Assembly (NCBI RefSeq): GCF_039654945.1
Contig: NW_027361924.1
Span: 8,122,001-8,186,000, forward strand
Direction: 5' to 3'
Length of the DNA: 64,000 bases
From: Dendrobates tinctorius
Lineage: Eukaryota
In this document: piece by piece, positions 26,771 through 39,358 of the stretch
Position numbering within the stretch: position 1 is the stretch's first letter
Layout of the letters: every line of letters begins with the position of its first letter
Program-made: the position numbers and the translations under genes
The notes under the pieces: generated by a model
What the model was told of the DNA's origin: nothing
Seen by the model: the letters and a program-made list of their open reading frames with translations, nothing else
Database searches by the model: none

Positions 26771-29007
26771 TCCACAGTTGCCTGAAACGTTTGCACAGTA
26801 CTGTACTTTACAATTACTTCACTTTCCTATTATTGTCAGCGAGAGCCTCACTAAACTGGGAACTGATGTGTCAAGGATGACAGCAATGGGGGTCATGCAG
26901 ATCCCAACGTCATCACCAGTTGTCAAGGAGAACACAGAGGGGTCACGCAGATTCCACCACTGTCACCAAATTGTCAAGAATATGCTACTGTACTGCCTCC
27001 ATCTGTCACAGCAATTACGGTATTGACTGACATATGATGGGCGAGGCTGCAGCTACTTCCACTACTAGGCCAACCGGTTATTGCCAAACTCACACTGAGC
27101 ATATAGTGTATATTCCTCCGAATTTAGCTCATGGAAAATATATATATACCCTGATGCTATCACTGTCAACTCCACATTAACTAAAAAAGGAACCACTAGC
27201 TGCTACAACCAATCGTTTATTCAGGCCGATTGGACACCTGTTGCAGCTAGTGTTTGGCTTCAGTGGTGTGGTTTACAGAACAATAGGAATAGAGCTATAC
27301 AATTTTATATATTTAATCTGGAAAGGTAAGCAGAATTTATAAAAAATATTAAAAAATGTTACAAAATGGCGATAAAACAATATGGTATATACAATTGTAT
27401 GCAATGCAAAGGAATAATGAAAGAAAATTACTAAACCTGAAGTTGCAAGAATGGCTCTTATGGAGGGAAAAACTCAGATTAAGAAAATAGAACACTCTCA
27501 TAGCAAGTGAAGTTATGTATTCCAGAATGAACACAGACAGATGTGCACGCTCTCATTTTTATTAGATCAAGGTTATGCCCACATACCTCCCCTTGGTGAG
27601 TTCATGTGGCGTCTGGTTGTGGGATGTGCTAGGTCTGTTGCAATTTTATGAGATCCCAAACTTTCAGAATACCTTTTCCCCTGGATGTCCCAGGCGGTAG
27701 ATATTGTTGTCATGTTTCCTATCTTAATTTTATCTATCCATTGAGATGAAACATGGCATGGATTATACCATTCATCAGACTGATATTAAACAGGAAGGGT
27801 GAGAATAGCCTTACAGTGATGTGAGTGAATGCATTACATTCATCCCTTCACTACAACAGGGAAAATATATATTTGATCAATGCAGACCCCAATATTCATC
27901 ACTGACCTCTGGCTCCAAAAAGTTTCAGAACAGTACTTTGATTACAGTTAGCTCTGGTCTGGGAGGTACACTTCCCCACCTCTGCGTAAATAGATTCTAG
28001 TCTTAGTGTCTGACAGTCAGACTAAATGTCTTGTTGTTATTACCTGGTCACTGCAGGAGGTTTCTACTTCAATAAAGTCAATTCTCTCTCACTTCCCCAG
28101 TTATCATTAGTTTATATTTCCCCAGCTATAATTAATCCCATATGTTCAAGGTGAGGGTGATATTTCCCCTTTCTGGATTTTTCTCTATGACTCAATGGCA
28201 TATTGGTTACATTGCAGCATAGTAGCAAGTGTTATTGCAGAAATGTGGAACCATCATTCAAGTGGAAGAGAAAGATTTTGGCCAAAATTTATAGGGTTAA
28301 AATGGAGCAAATTATGTGATTGGAATTGCCTTCATAGAACTTCTTACTTTATTTGCATGTAAGACCAAAGTTCATTTTCACTGCAATGATAAGTGGAACT
28401 GCAGCTAATACTAATGTTCGTAAATGTAGTTTTGTCTACTATTCAGCATTATTGTCACTTTGGTACCTACAGTATAAGTGCTTAGAGGCTTCGGTTAAGA
28501 ATTTACACTTGACAAATAAGGTTTAGCATTAGAGAATAGCATGTAAATTTGAGTAGAATGCAATTTTGGATGAAATTGAATTCTACTGCAATATTGCAAT
28601 TTTTCTTAATCATAAAAGGCCATTAAAATGTAGGCCTTAGTGTGAACATACACCTGCATGCTGCTTGCATACCAACTTAGCCAAGGTTCACATTAGCATT
28701 TCTGTGTGCAGCATATTATCTGCATGCGCAAACGCATGCAAAAAATGCATGCAAATGCATGTTTATGCAGCATTTTTTATCTGCATCATCTTACGCATGA
28801 TGCAAAAAAGCTGCGAGTGCATGCGTTGGTATGCGTTTCTGCATGCATTTCCGTTGTTTATGTGCATGCGTTAGAAATTTCCAATGTTTTGCAGTAACTT
28901 TTCCTTGACATCAGACACCAAGTAAGCGTGTCTCATGGGATTTCTATATATATAGACACACTTCACTGATGAAATCCTCCTCTTTGGCTGCTGTATCTAG
29001 CTGCAAG

Positions 29008-31198
29008 ATGGATCTTGACATGGACCGCTTCTAAGAAGATCTGGGTTTACAACTGAAATTGGCTGCTGCCTTAGCTTTTGCTTGTCAAGAACAAAGAAGA
29101 AGAGAAAGATGGAGAAGACATCGTCATTGCTATTGGCAACACCCCATCCTTGAATTCCGAGAGAGCCGTGGAGCCTACCACTCTTTGTACACAGAGCTGT
29201 GGCAAAATCCGGAGAAGTTTTTTGACTACACGAGGATGTCAGAACAGAGCTTCCATGACTTGCTGCTACGTGTCCAAGGATCCATTACCAGGCAGGACAC
29301 ACAGCTTCGTCAAGCAATTGCTGCTGAAGAACGTCTTTTGGTCACCCTGAGGTATGTAATTTTGAAAAAGAAACACCTGGCATTAATATGATTGCTATAA
29401 AAGCCATGTACTGATTTTTTTTTCTCATTTTCTGTTCCGCAGATTCCTGGCTACCTTAGAGACATTCTCATCACTACATTTTCAATTCAGGAATAGAGTG
29501 TCCACACTTTCTGGAATTATTGGAGACACCTGTCATGCTTTAGGTGAAGTTCTGCAGCAAGAATTCCTCCCCCAACCCACAACTGAACTCTGGCTGGAAA
29601 ATGCTTCCAAATTCTAGGAAATTTGTAATTTTCTTAACTGTGTGGGGGCTGTGGACAGCAAACACATTAGGATTATGAAACCTGCTGGAAGTGGAACAGA
29701 GTACTTCAATTATAAAAAATACTTTTCCATTGGTCTAATGGCTATTGCGAATGCCGAGTGTAGATTTGTTGCCGTGGACATTTGTTAGGCGCAGAGGTTC
29801 TCCCACTGCACTGGGGGAATCTCAAGCCATGTCCTCTGCAGTCTCCCATTCCCAGCGTCTTTCCCAGGCTAATGTTAGGCATCTGGTTGCTACTCCAGGC
29901 TCAGCTATTGTATCATGCATGAGTCAGCGGCGAGCAGACGCTCCTGGGACTAAGTCCTGCCTTTCTCCTACTGAGCATGCCCGTGGGATGACCTCTCATT
30001 GGAGGTCAGAGGTCATATGCTCAGGTTCTATTGCAGCTCGGAATGGGCCATCAGGAAGGTCCAGGAAGGCTGTGTCTATAAAAGGATCGCACGACCGCAC
30101 GGCTGTGCGCTAATATAGGCAAAGATTAGACCATGTGGAGTGAGTGTTGTATGCATGTATGAATGTCTCTGGTGAATGACTCATTAAGAAACCCCTACCC
30201 TTGGTATGCATGTGTTGTGCAGCCTAACCTGTTAAGCACCCAGGTCTAGGTGTAGGAAGAGGCACAGTCAGAGACTGAAATCAGTGTCCACCGGTGGCTC
30301 TACACGCCACGGTGCACGTGCTCTGCACTCCACCATAGTCAACGTCTATAGTGGTGTCTGCAGGTGTGACGCCCCATGCTCATAAGGTCTAGAGGGACTC
30401 TGACCCCATGTCATTGGGGCAGAGTTCTGTGACCGCATTCTCTGCACTCCCTTGCAGAGCTCTGTGAGTTCTAACAGACTCCGGCATTTATGTTCCACGG
30501 TAGTGCGGCTCTGTGACATAACAGAGTCCGCTCCAGTACACGTCAGGTGACTAGTAACCTGCGTGTGGTCTTTTATACCGCCATATAGCATCCGCCATTA
30601 CCGAGCAGAAGTTTACCACCTCTGCATGGTGGACCCCGAGCTGCGAACGCATCTTACTATCATCTTTATTATTTGGTGTGTTCCGCAAGCCATAACAACA
30701 TTGGCTCATTTGGATGAGGAAATTACTCACAGACTTTCAAAAAACTCTGACATGAACTAACGTCTGTATGGGAATGATTTTAATTTTCCGCAGCCACGAC
30801 CTCTTCCCAACACCGACGGCTAGCCAATGCCCTTTGTTGTTGTTGGGGATGAGGCGGTCCAAATGTGTGCCAACCTCATTAAACCATACTCAAGTCGGAA
30901 CTTAAATCACACAAAACCATTTACAACTACCAACAGACAAGGGCACAAAGAACCGTGTAGTGTGCATTTGGATTGCTGGTATCTAAATGGTGAGGTTGTG
31001 AAAGCATGTGCTGTTCTACACAACTACATACTGGTTAAAGAGAAATCAAACTTGCAACCTGAGGAACCTGTTACATTGCATGATTACCAATTTCACCCTC
31101 TGAGAACCACAGTGGAAGTTGCCCAGATGATGGATAAGTTTGCTGCTTACTTTGTTTCAGATAATGGACGTGTGGCATGGCAAGACAAAATTATTTAA
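29008..31198 (+). pseudogene. Harbinger (HARBI1-like) DDE nuclease pseudogene with intron 29352-29442
   Basis: EERLLVTLR|FLAT across a GT-AG intron, then NCVGAVDSKHIRI, YFNYKKYFSI, VAVDI|GSFG, VGDEA and ACAVLHNY. Contains stops and an LTR insertion. Confidence 0.88.
29783..30697 (+). mobile_element. Solo LTR (915 bp) in the Harbinger nuclease
   Basis: TGTTAG...ATAACA termini, exact TSD ACATT (29778-29782, 30698-30702) and TATAAAA near 30077. Confidence 0.9.
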
Positions 31199-31479
31199 GC
31201 TGCTAAGTAAAATGTACCTGTTATGTTTAAATTTACCTGTAATGTAAAAATTACATACCTGTTATGTTTAAATGTACCTGTGATCTAAAAATGTACATGT
31301 AATGTTAAAATTTACCTCTGTTTGCTGAGTTAAATAAATAAAATACCTCCAGTAAAACCCGCAAGTTCCCTCAAAAATACAATACACATGTGTGTGTTTG
31401 TAGTGGCGGCGCATAAAGATACCAATAAAACAAGATATAGGACAAACAAAGTTTTATTTTACAAAATTTAACCAAAAAG

Positions 31480-32140
31480 AAGGTTTAAGGTCGAGGTGAT
31501 TGGTTTTTGCGTCGTGGTTTACATGAGGGTGAGATGGGGTGGACATTGGGGGTGTGGAGCTGTGAGGATTGGGTGGTATTTGATGAGAAAGGGGTTACAG
31601 GGAAGAGTCTACAGGGGAAGGGGCAACAAATTGAAGGATTTGATCAGGGATGGCAGTGGAGACATTGGGGATAGTTGACAAAGTGGAATCATGGGAATCA
31701 ATAGACAAACTGGAAGGGACAGACAATGACACAAGGGAAGGTAGTGACAAATTGATAGGTGAGGGTGGAGGTGGTGGGTTCAATGTGGGAATGTTTTTTT
31801 GGCTCTGGGTTTTTGTTCTGGTGGAAATATTTTTTTGTCCTCTGTTTTCTTGGCCGAGTGGGAGTGGTGGCTTCTGTAGCAGTCATCTGTCATGGTGCTG
31901 GACTGGGCCGCATTATGGATACTGCTGGCTGCAGGGGTGCTGGACTGGGAAGGGGTGCTGGACTGGACAGGGGTGCTAGACTGGTCAGCATCATGGATAG
32001 TGATGACTGCAGGGGTGCTGGACAAGGCAGAGGTGCTGTACTGGGCAGCGTCGTGGATACTGCTGGCTGCATGGGTGCTGGACTCTGGAGCATGGTGAAT
32101 GCTGGCTGCAGGGGTGATGAACTTGGCAGCATGGTTGATC
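31480..32140 (-). pseudogene. Probable 3' exon remnant of the Harbinger second (Myb/SANT-partner) ORF
   Basis: Convergent orientation to the nuclease and low-complexity S/P/T repeats. The Myb domain itself is not seen. Confidence 0.4.
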
Positions 32141-32748
32141 TGAAGAAAGTGAAGAAACCGAGAACAATGTCCAATAATAAAGATTTTTATTTTATTAGAT
32201 ATCCAACAATATTATATATATATATATATGTATATTTAAAATTAATGGTAAGGGGAGGCCAATGCCAAATAAGGGCACAGCCTGGGGACAGCAATAATCA
32301 CTCAATAAAAAGCACCCACAATAATATCACACAGTATAAAATGAAAGCCAAAAATATATATGAATATAATATATATGTATATATAAAAGCACATATAAAA
32401 ATTGCTAGTGCGAGTGTAATAAATTTATGTGCAAACATATAATATGTGCAGGCAAGAAAAAACTGTGAAAAAATATATAAAAATGCTAAAAAATATATAA
32501 TAACTAAATATGTATTACCACACAATAAAGTGCAATGTGCCACAATTGTAAACAGGAACCGTGTGCAAAAGGAAAAATTATTTAAAATATATGTGAAAGC
32601 ACAAAACGAGTGCTCAAATAATTTATAATAAATGAGCTGCCACAATTGAAGTGCAATGTGCCGCAATAGTGTAATAAATCAGAACTTATAATATACAATA
32701 AAAATAATTGTGGACAGTGTAAATACCTTTCAGCTGTTTCTGTCCCCA

Positions 32749-32805
32749 GGATGTGCCAGCCCCGACGCGCGTTTCGGCGTACTTTCGTCAGGGGTGGCAA
32801 CATCC
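32749..32805 (-). ncRNA. Minimal type I hammerhead ribozyme (variant with weakened helix II)
   Basis: CCCCUGACGA-AAGUACGCC-GAAACGCGCGUC-GGGG. Confidence 0.75.
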
Positions 32806-34159
32806 AGACAGGAAGAAGTTTAAATAGGGCAAAATAACCAATGAGAGCGGAGGAAGTGTATAATGACGCACGCAAGCATCGTCGGTAACCAGGCAGCCCC
32901 ACGCCGTCGGCCCACGTGTATCCCCGATCGTCGCAATGCAATGATGCGGCGAACAGGGATGCAGGCACAGCGGGTGGGACTCCCGGAACCCGATGCCAGC
33001 GTGCGTACAACACTGACCGCTGTCATTGGGCTACAAGTAACACATGGTACATAGAGATATAAGGCGCTCTGTGATTGGATGGATTGGACACATGACACGT
33101 AGGTCCTGAGCGCACATAACATAAACAGAGAGATCACATGGTACATAGGTCCTATTTGATTCAAAAAAGAAAAAGAACTAAAATAAAAAATAATTAATAA
33201 TACAAATACAATGCTAACATATATAATATATAATATATGGCATATGACGACATATAATAAACACCAATATATGAATAAAAATAAAATAATGATGAGTAAT
33301 AATAAATAAATAAATAGATAAATAAATATAAGGAAAAAATAAATAAAAATAAAATAAGTATAAATATAAATAAAAATAAAAGTAAATATAAATAAAAATA
33401 AAATAAGGATGATAATGAATATAAAAATAATAAATAATAAGTGTAAGAATGATAAATAATAATAGTAAATATGAAAATACTAAAATAAAAAATAATAATG
33501 GCAAATGAAGAAAAAATAAATAATAAAATAAGTAATGATGAAAATAATAAATGATAATTAATAATAAATAGTAATATACAATTATATACTCATCTTTCAT
33601 GAAAATACATATTTGAAAGAATAATAATAAAAATTAAAATTGTAATTAATGAGACAAATAAATATTAATACATGTTTAGTCAAGTTCATATATAAATTAA
33701 TGGTATATTTGAAAAAAAAAAATATAATAAATAAATATTTATGAGAAAAAACTGAATGCATATTTAGTCAAATTCATATATAGGTTGATGCAATAGATAT
33801 TTAATCATTGTCCTTTTTCCTTTTTCTTTTTTCTTTTTCTTTTTCCTTTCCTTTATCTTATATAGGTATATCAGAAGAAGAAAATGGCATCAGCATCAGT
33901 CAACTCCAAGATTCCTCGTAATAGATGAATAACACAAGGTAATTGCTGATAGAATTAGGAACTAAAAGGTGACAAATAAAGATGTATAAGCATTATATAT
34001 AATCAGTACACAATAATAAAACCATGTGAATAGATAATCAAATAATAAATATATCACATACCCAACAAATAAAACTAATTAATAATATAAAATAAAGAAT
34101 ATAATATATATATTAAAATTTATATATTAAAAAAGATAAAAAGCTGGATGACTAGGTGG

Positions 34160-37100
34160 TCATAAAAAAGGGACATAACTGATATTCTCATTTAAACCTG
34201 AAGGAGATGTAGTTTTAAGAGTCCATATCCATCTTGTTTCCATCTGTGCTAATTTCTGACTAATTTGGCCACCACGTATAGAAACCGGAATTGTATCTAT
34301 ACCTCTTACCCGAAACTTGCTTGAATCACAATTATGGAATTGTTTAAAGTGTCTCGGAATTGTTTTCAAGGCAGAAATGTCACTCTCAGTTTTTGCTCCA
34401 TTGATTCCAATTACATGCTCTCTCACTCTTACTTTCAATTGTCTTGTGGTGAGGCCAACATAGATCTTTGAGCAGGGACATGTAGCATAATAAATTACTG
34501 CCTTTGTCTCACAATTAATATGATGTTTAATGGAATAATTTCTTGAGCCAGAGGAATCAGTAAACGTGTCACTTCTGTCCATATTTTGACAAGCGATACA
34601 ATGACCACATGGAAAAGAGCCATTCTTTTTTTAAATCTGTGTCATAAAGGATTTCCGTTCATTCTGATAATGGCTTCTTACCAACGAGTCTCGCAAATTT
34701 CTGGAGCGACGGAAGGTAATACTCGGTTGTTTCGTTAAATAATTGGATAGGGTCTGATCGGCCAATAAAATATGCCATGATTGGCTTAAAACTTCTCTTA
34801 GTCTTTGATTAGCAGTATTATAGTTCGTAATAAAACGGACTGATGATGAGGATGCGGGCTTAATTCTAGAATATAATAAATCGTTTCTAGTTGAATATTT
34901 GGCTCTATTGAATGCTTTCTTGATACATCGATTACTATAACCACGATTTAAAAACCGTAATTTGAGTTCTTCAGACCTCTTTTCAAAGTCAATATCACTA
35001 GAACATATTCTTCTTAGTCTCAAAAATTGACCTATAGGAATTGATCGAACAAGGGATGCCAGGTGAGAGGAAGATGCATGTAAAAGAGAGTTTGTTGCTG
35101 ATTGTTTTCTAAAAATGTCAGTTTGGAGAATATTATTGGAATCCCGTTTTACCAATACATCAAGAAATTCGATATTACTTTTGTCATAGTGATGTGTTAG
35201 TCTGATATTTAAAGAATTGTTGTTTAAATGAGAAATGAATAATTCTAAGGACTCAACAGAGCCTTGCCAAATAAAGAAAATGTCATCAATGTACCGTGTC
35301 CACAAGAGGACACGGCACATTGAATGACAGTCATCAGATGCAAAGAGGTCCCTCTCCCACAGCCCCAGGAACAGATTTGCATATGCAGGTGCATATGACG
35401 CTCCCATTGCTGTACCCTGGAGCTGCAGGTAGAAGGACCCCTTAAAAATAAAGAAATTATGTGATAGACTAAATTCCAGGATCTCTGTAATAAAATTCAT
35501 CATTGAAAGAGAATAATCCGACATAGATAAAAAATATCTAGTAGCTTGTATACCATCTGAGTGTTTAATATTGGTATATAATGATTCAACGTCACAAGTG
35601 ACTAACAATGCATCATCATCTATATATAAACCATCAATCTTCCTCAAAAAGTCGTTGGTATCACGTATAAAGGACAGAAGACATTCAACCAAAGGTTGGA
35701 GCTTTGAATCAATGTATTTACCCACATTCTCTAAAAAATTGGAGTTTCCCGACACAATAGGTCTACCAGGTGGCAGTGTTAGACTTTTATGGATCTTCGG
35801 TAGAAGATAAAATGCGGGTATACATGGTTCCCTTATCTGTAATGCCTGACTCAGTTCCTTTGTTATAGTGCCCGCATCAATAGCTTCACTCAAAATTACA
35901 TTTAATTCTGATGTAAAGGCTAATGAAGGATTAAATGTAAGCTTCTTATAACAGACTTTATTCTTCAATTGTCTGAAAACCTCTGTCTCATACATAGAAG
36001 AGGGCCAAATGACTATATTCCCGCCTTTATCGGCGGGTTTGATGACCACATCAGATAAATTTTTTAATTTTTCTAAACTTTTCCGCTCTTCAAAATTCAA
36101 ATTTCCTTTTGAGATGTTCTGAGGAATCTTTTTAAACTCCTCGCTGACTATTTTAACAAATAGATCAATATTTGGACACGAAGAAAAAGAAGGGAATTTT
36201 TTAGAATGTGGTAAAATACATGAAGGAATCTTACCCCCCTCGGAAGATGAATGTTCATGAAAAAGCTCATTCAAGGTCTGTAATGCTTCCTGCTCCGTGT
36301 CTGTTGGAAATAGATTATGTAATGTTTCATCATGGAAATATTTTTTGAACATTAAAGTTCTCGCAAACATATGTAAGTCTTTAGTAGCAGAAAAGGTATC
36401 AAAACGTGCATCTGGACAAAAGGTAAGACCCTTGCCAAGGACACTTAAATCTGTTTCAGAAAGACAATGTTCGCTCAAATTAATTACCTGGAGACGATTA
36501 CTATCAGGTGATCGACCATTCCTTCTTCCATAAGGAGAGTTGCGTAAATTCCGTTTACGTTTGATAGTATTCTTATATGATAAAGAGGAAGAAGCTGAAG
36601 CATCAGAATATTCACTCGTCGAAAGCACCGAAGATGTAGATGTAAGACGAGTGCGAGTATCAGTAGACATATGGGATCTCTTCCAATTATATATCTTATT
36701 CATTTGTTGATCCTTCATATCTCTCATTAATTTCTTAGCATGATTATCTTGAATTTCTTTAACCCATAATTCAACTTCCTTCTCCATGGATGTATTGATA
36801 GATTGAAAATTTTCCGCCGTCAATTGGTTCTTAGCTAATGTATAAGTGTTTTCTAATTGTGAATCGATATTAGCCAAGTTTTTTGTATTAAGATTAACCA
36901 ATAATTCCATAAATTTTTTTGAGGCATTATTACAAACCTCTTCCCAATTTTGTATAAATTCAACATCTTCAATAGGAAAAGAAGGAATCACTCTTATACG
37001 TAGACCCCTAGGAATCAAATCCTTATTAATGTAGTTTTGAAGAAAAGCCCTATTCCACCATAGGCGTGTCCGCTTATGTGACAGATTTTTTATAGTGGAA

Positions 37101-37210
37101 GAGAAATCAGTTAGTCCTTGACCACCAGAGCCATTAGCATTAGACCCACCATTACCGAATAATTGATTAATTCGGTTAAGCCAGGACTGTTCCTTGGCCT
37201 TAAAATCCAT
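34160..37210 (-). pseudogene. PLE ORF copy 1 (nonsense at 34631-34633)
   Basis: Near-identical to the intact copy. TCA>TAA lies between the RT and the endonuclease. Confidence 0.9.
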
Positions 37211-37941
37211 GTCCGAAGAGAAAGACCTGTGCAAAACACAGTATGAACAATTAAAATAAAATAAAATGACTCAAGGAAAGTGCAATATAAAATCTCCTAA
37301 TAATCAGAATTGTGCACCATGGAAAGAATAAAAAAGACAACTCGGGAAAATAAGATGAAGAAAGCGAAGAAACCGAGAACAATGTCCAATAATAAAGATT
37401 TTTATTTTATTAGATATCCAACAATATTATATATATATATACAAGGGGAGGCCAATGCCAAATAAGGGCACAGCCTGGGGACAGCAATAATCACTCAATA
37501 AAAAGCACCCACAATAATATCACACAGTATAAAATGAAAGCCAAAAATATATATGAATATAATATATATGTATATATAAAAGCACATATAAAAATTGCTA
37601 GTGCGAGTGTAATAAATTTATGTGCAAACATATAATATGTGCAGGCAAGAAAAAACTGTGAAAAAATATATAAAAACGCTAAAAAATATATAATAACTAA
37701 ATATGTATTACCACACAATAAAGTGCAATGTGCCACAATTGTAAACAGGAACCGTGTGCAAAAGGAAAAATTATTTAAAATATATGTGAAAGCACAAAAT
37801 GAGTGCTCAAATAATTTATAATAAATGAGCTGCCACAATTGAAGTGCAATGTGCCGCAATAGTGTAATAAATCAGAACTTATAATATACAATAAAAATAA
37901 TTGTGGACAGTGTAAATACCTTTCAGCTGTTTCTGTCCCCA

Positions 37942-37999
37942 GGATGTGCCAGCCCCGACGCGCGTTTCGGCGTACCTTCGTCAGGGGGTGGCGACATCC
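37942..37999 (-). ncRNA. Minimal type I hammerhead ribozyme
   Basis: GGAUGUCGCCACCCC-CUGACGA-AGGUACGCC-GAAA-CGCGCG-UC-GGGGCUGGCACAUCC. Confidence 0.88.
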
Positions 38000-39358
38000 A
38001 GACAGGAAGAAGTTTAAATAGGGCAAAATAACCAATGAGAGCGGAGGAAGTGTATAATGACGCACGCAAGCATCGTCGGTAACCAGGCAGCCCCACGCCG
38101 TCGGCCCACGTGTATCCCCGATCGTCGCAATGCAATGATGCGGCGAACAGGGACGCAGGCACGGCGGACGGGACTCCCGGAACCCGATGCCAGCGTGCGT
38201 ACAACACTGACCGCTGTCATTGGGCTACAAGTAACACATGGTACATAGAGATATAAGGCGCTCTGTGATTGGATGGATTGGACACATGACACGTAGGTCC
38301 TGAGCGCACATAACATAAACAGAGAGATCACATGGTACATAGGTCCTATTTGATTCAAAAAAGAAAAAGAACTAAAATAAAAAATAATTAATAATACAAA
38401 TACAATGCTAACATATATAATATATAATATATGGCATATGACGACATATAATAAACACCAATATATGAATAAAAATAAAATAATGATGAGTAATAATAAA
38501 TAAATAAATAGATAAATAAATATAAGGAAAAAATAAATAAAAATAAAATAAGTATAAATATAAATAAAAATAAAAGTAAATATAAATAAAAATAATATAA
38601 GGATGATAATGAATATAAAAATAATAAATAATAAGTGTAAGAATGATAAATAATAATAGTAAATATGAAAATACTAAAATAAAAAATAAAAATAATGGCA
38701 AATGAAGAAAAAATAAATAATAAAATAAGTAATGATGAAAATAATAAATGATAATTAATAATAAATAGTAATATACAATTATATACTCATCTTTCATGAA
38801 AATACATATTTGAAAGAATAATAATAAAAATTAAAATTGTAATTAATGAGACAAATAAATATTAATACATGTTTAGTCAAGTTCATATATAAATTAATGG
38901 TATATTTGAAAAAAAAAAATATATAATAAATAAATATTTATGAGAAAAAACTGAATGCATATTTAGTCAAATTCATATATAGGTTGATGCAATAGATATT
39001 TAATCATTGTCCTTTTTCCTTTTTCTTTTTTCTTTTTCTTTTTCCTTTCCTTTATCTTATATAGGTATATCAGAAGAAGAAAATGGCATCAGCATCAGTC
39101 AACTCCAAGATTCCTCGTAATAGATGAATAACACAAGGTAATTGCTGATAGAATTAGGAACTAAAAGGTGACAAATAAAGATGTATAAGCATTATATATA
39201 ATCAGTACACAATAATAAAACCATGTGAATAGATAATCAAATAATAAATATATCACATACCCAACAAATAAAACTAATTAATAATATAAAATAAAGAATA
39301 TAATATATATATTAAAATTTATATATTAAAAAAGATAAAAAGCTGGATGACTAGGTGG

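Larger units (their letters stand above)
28680..32140 (+). mobile_element. Harbinger/PIF DNA transposon (decayed; right part displaced by the Penelope array)
   Basis: TTA followed by a GCCAAGGTTCACATT terminus and GCAT-rich subterminal repeats. Nuclease pseudogene on + and a convergent Ser/Pro/Thr-rich ORF remnant on -. Confidence 0.8.

Noticed and set aside
33165-34140. Ile/Tyr/Phe-rich 'membrane protein' ORFs repeated in each PLE unit (also the 122-aa MRHIAL ORF)
   Set aside because: They arise from low-complexity AT-rich UTR or intron sequence and show no recognisable domain.
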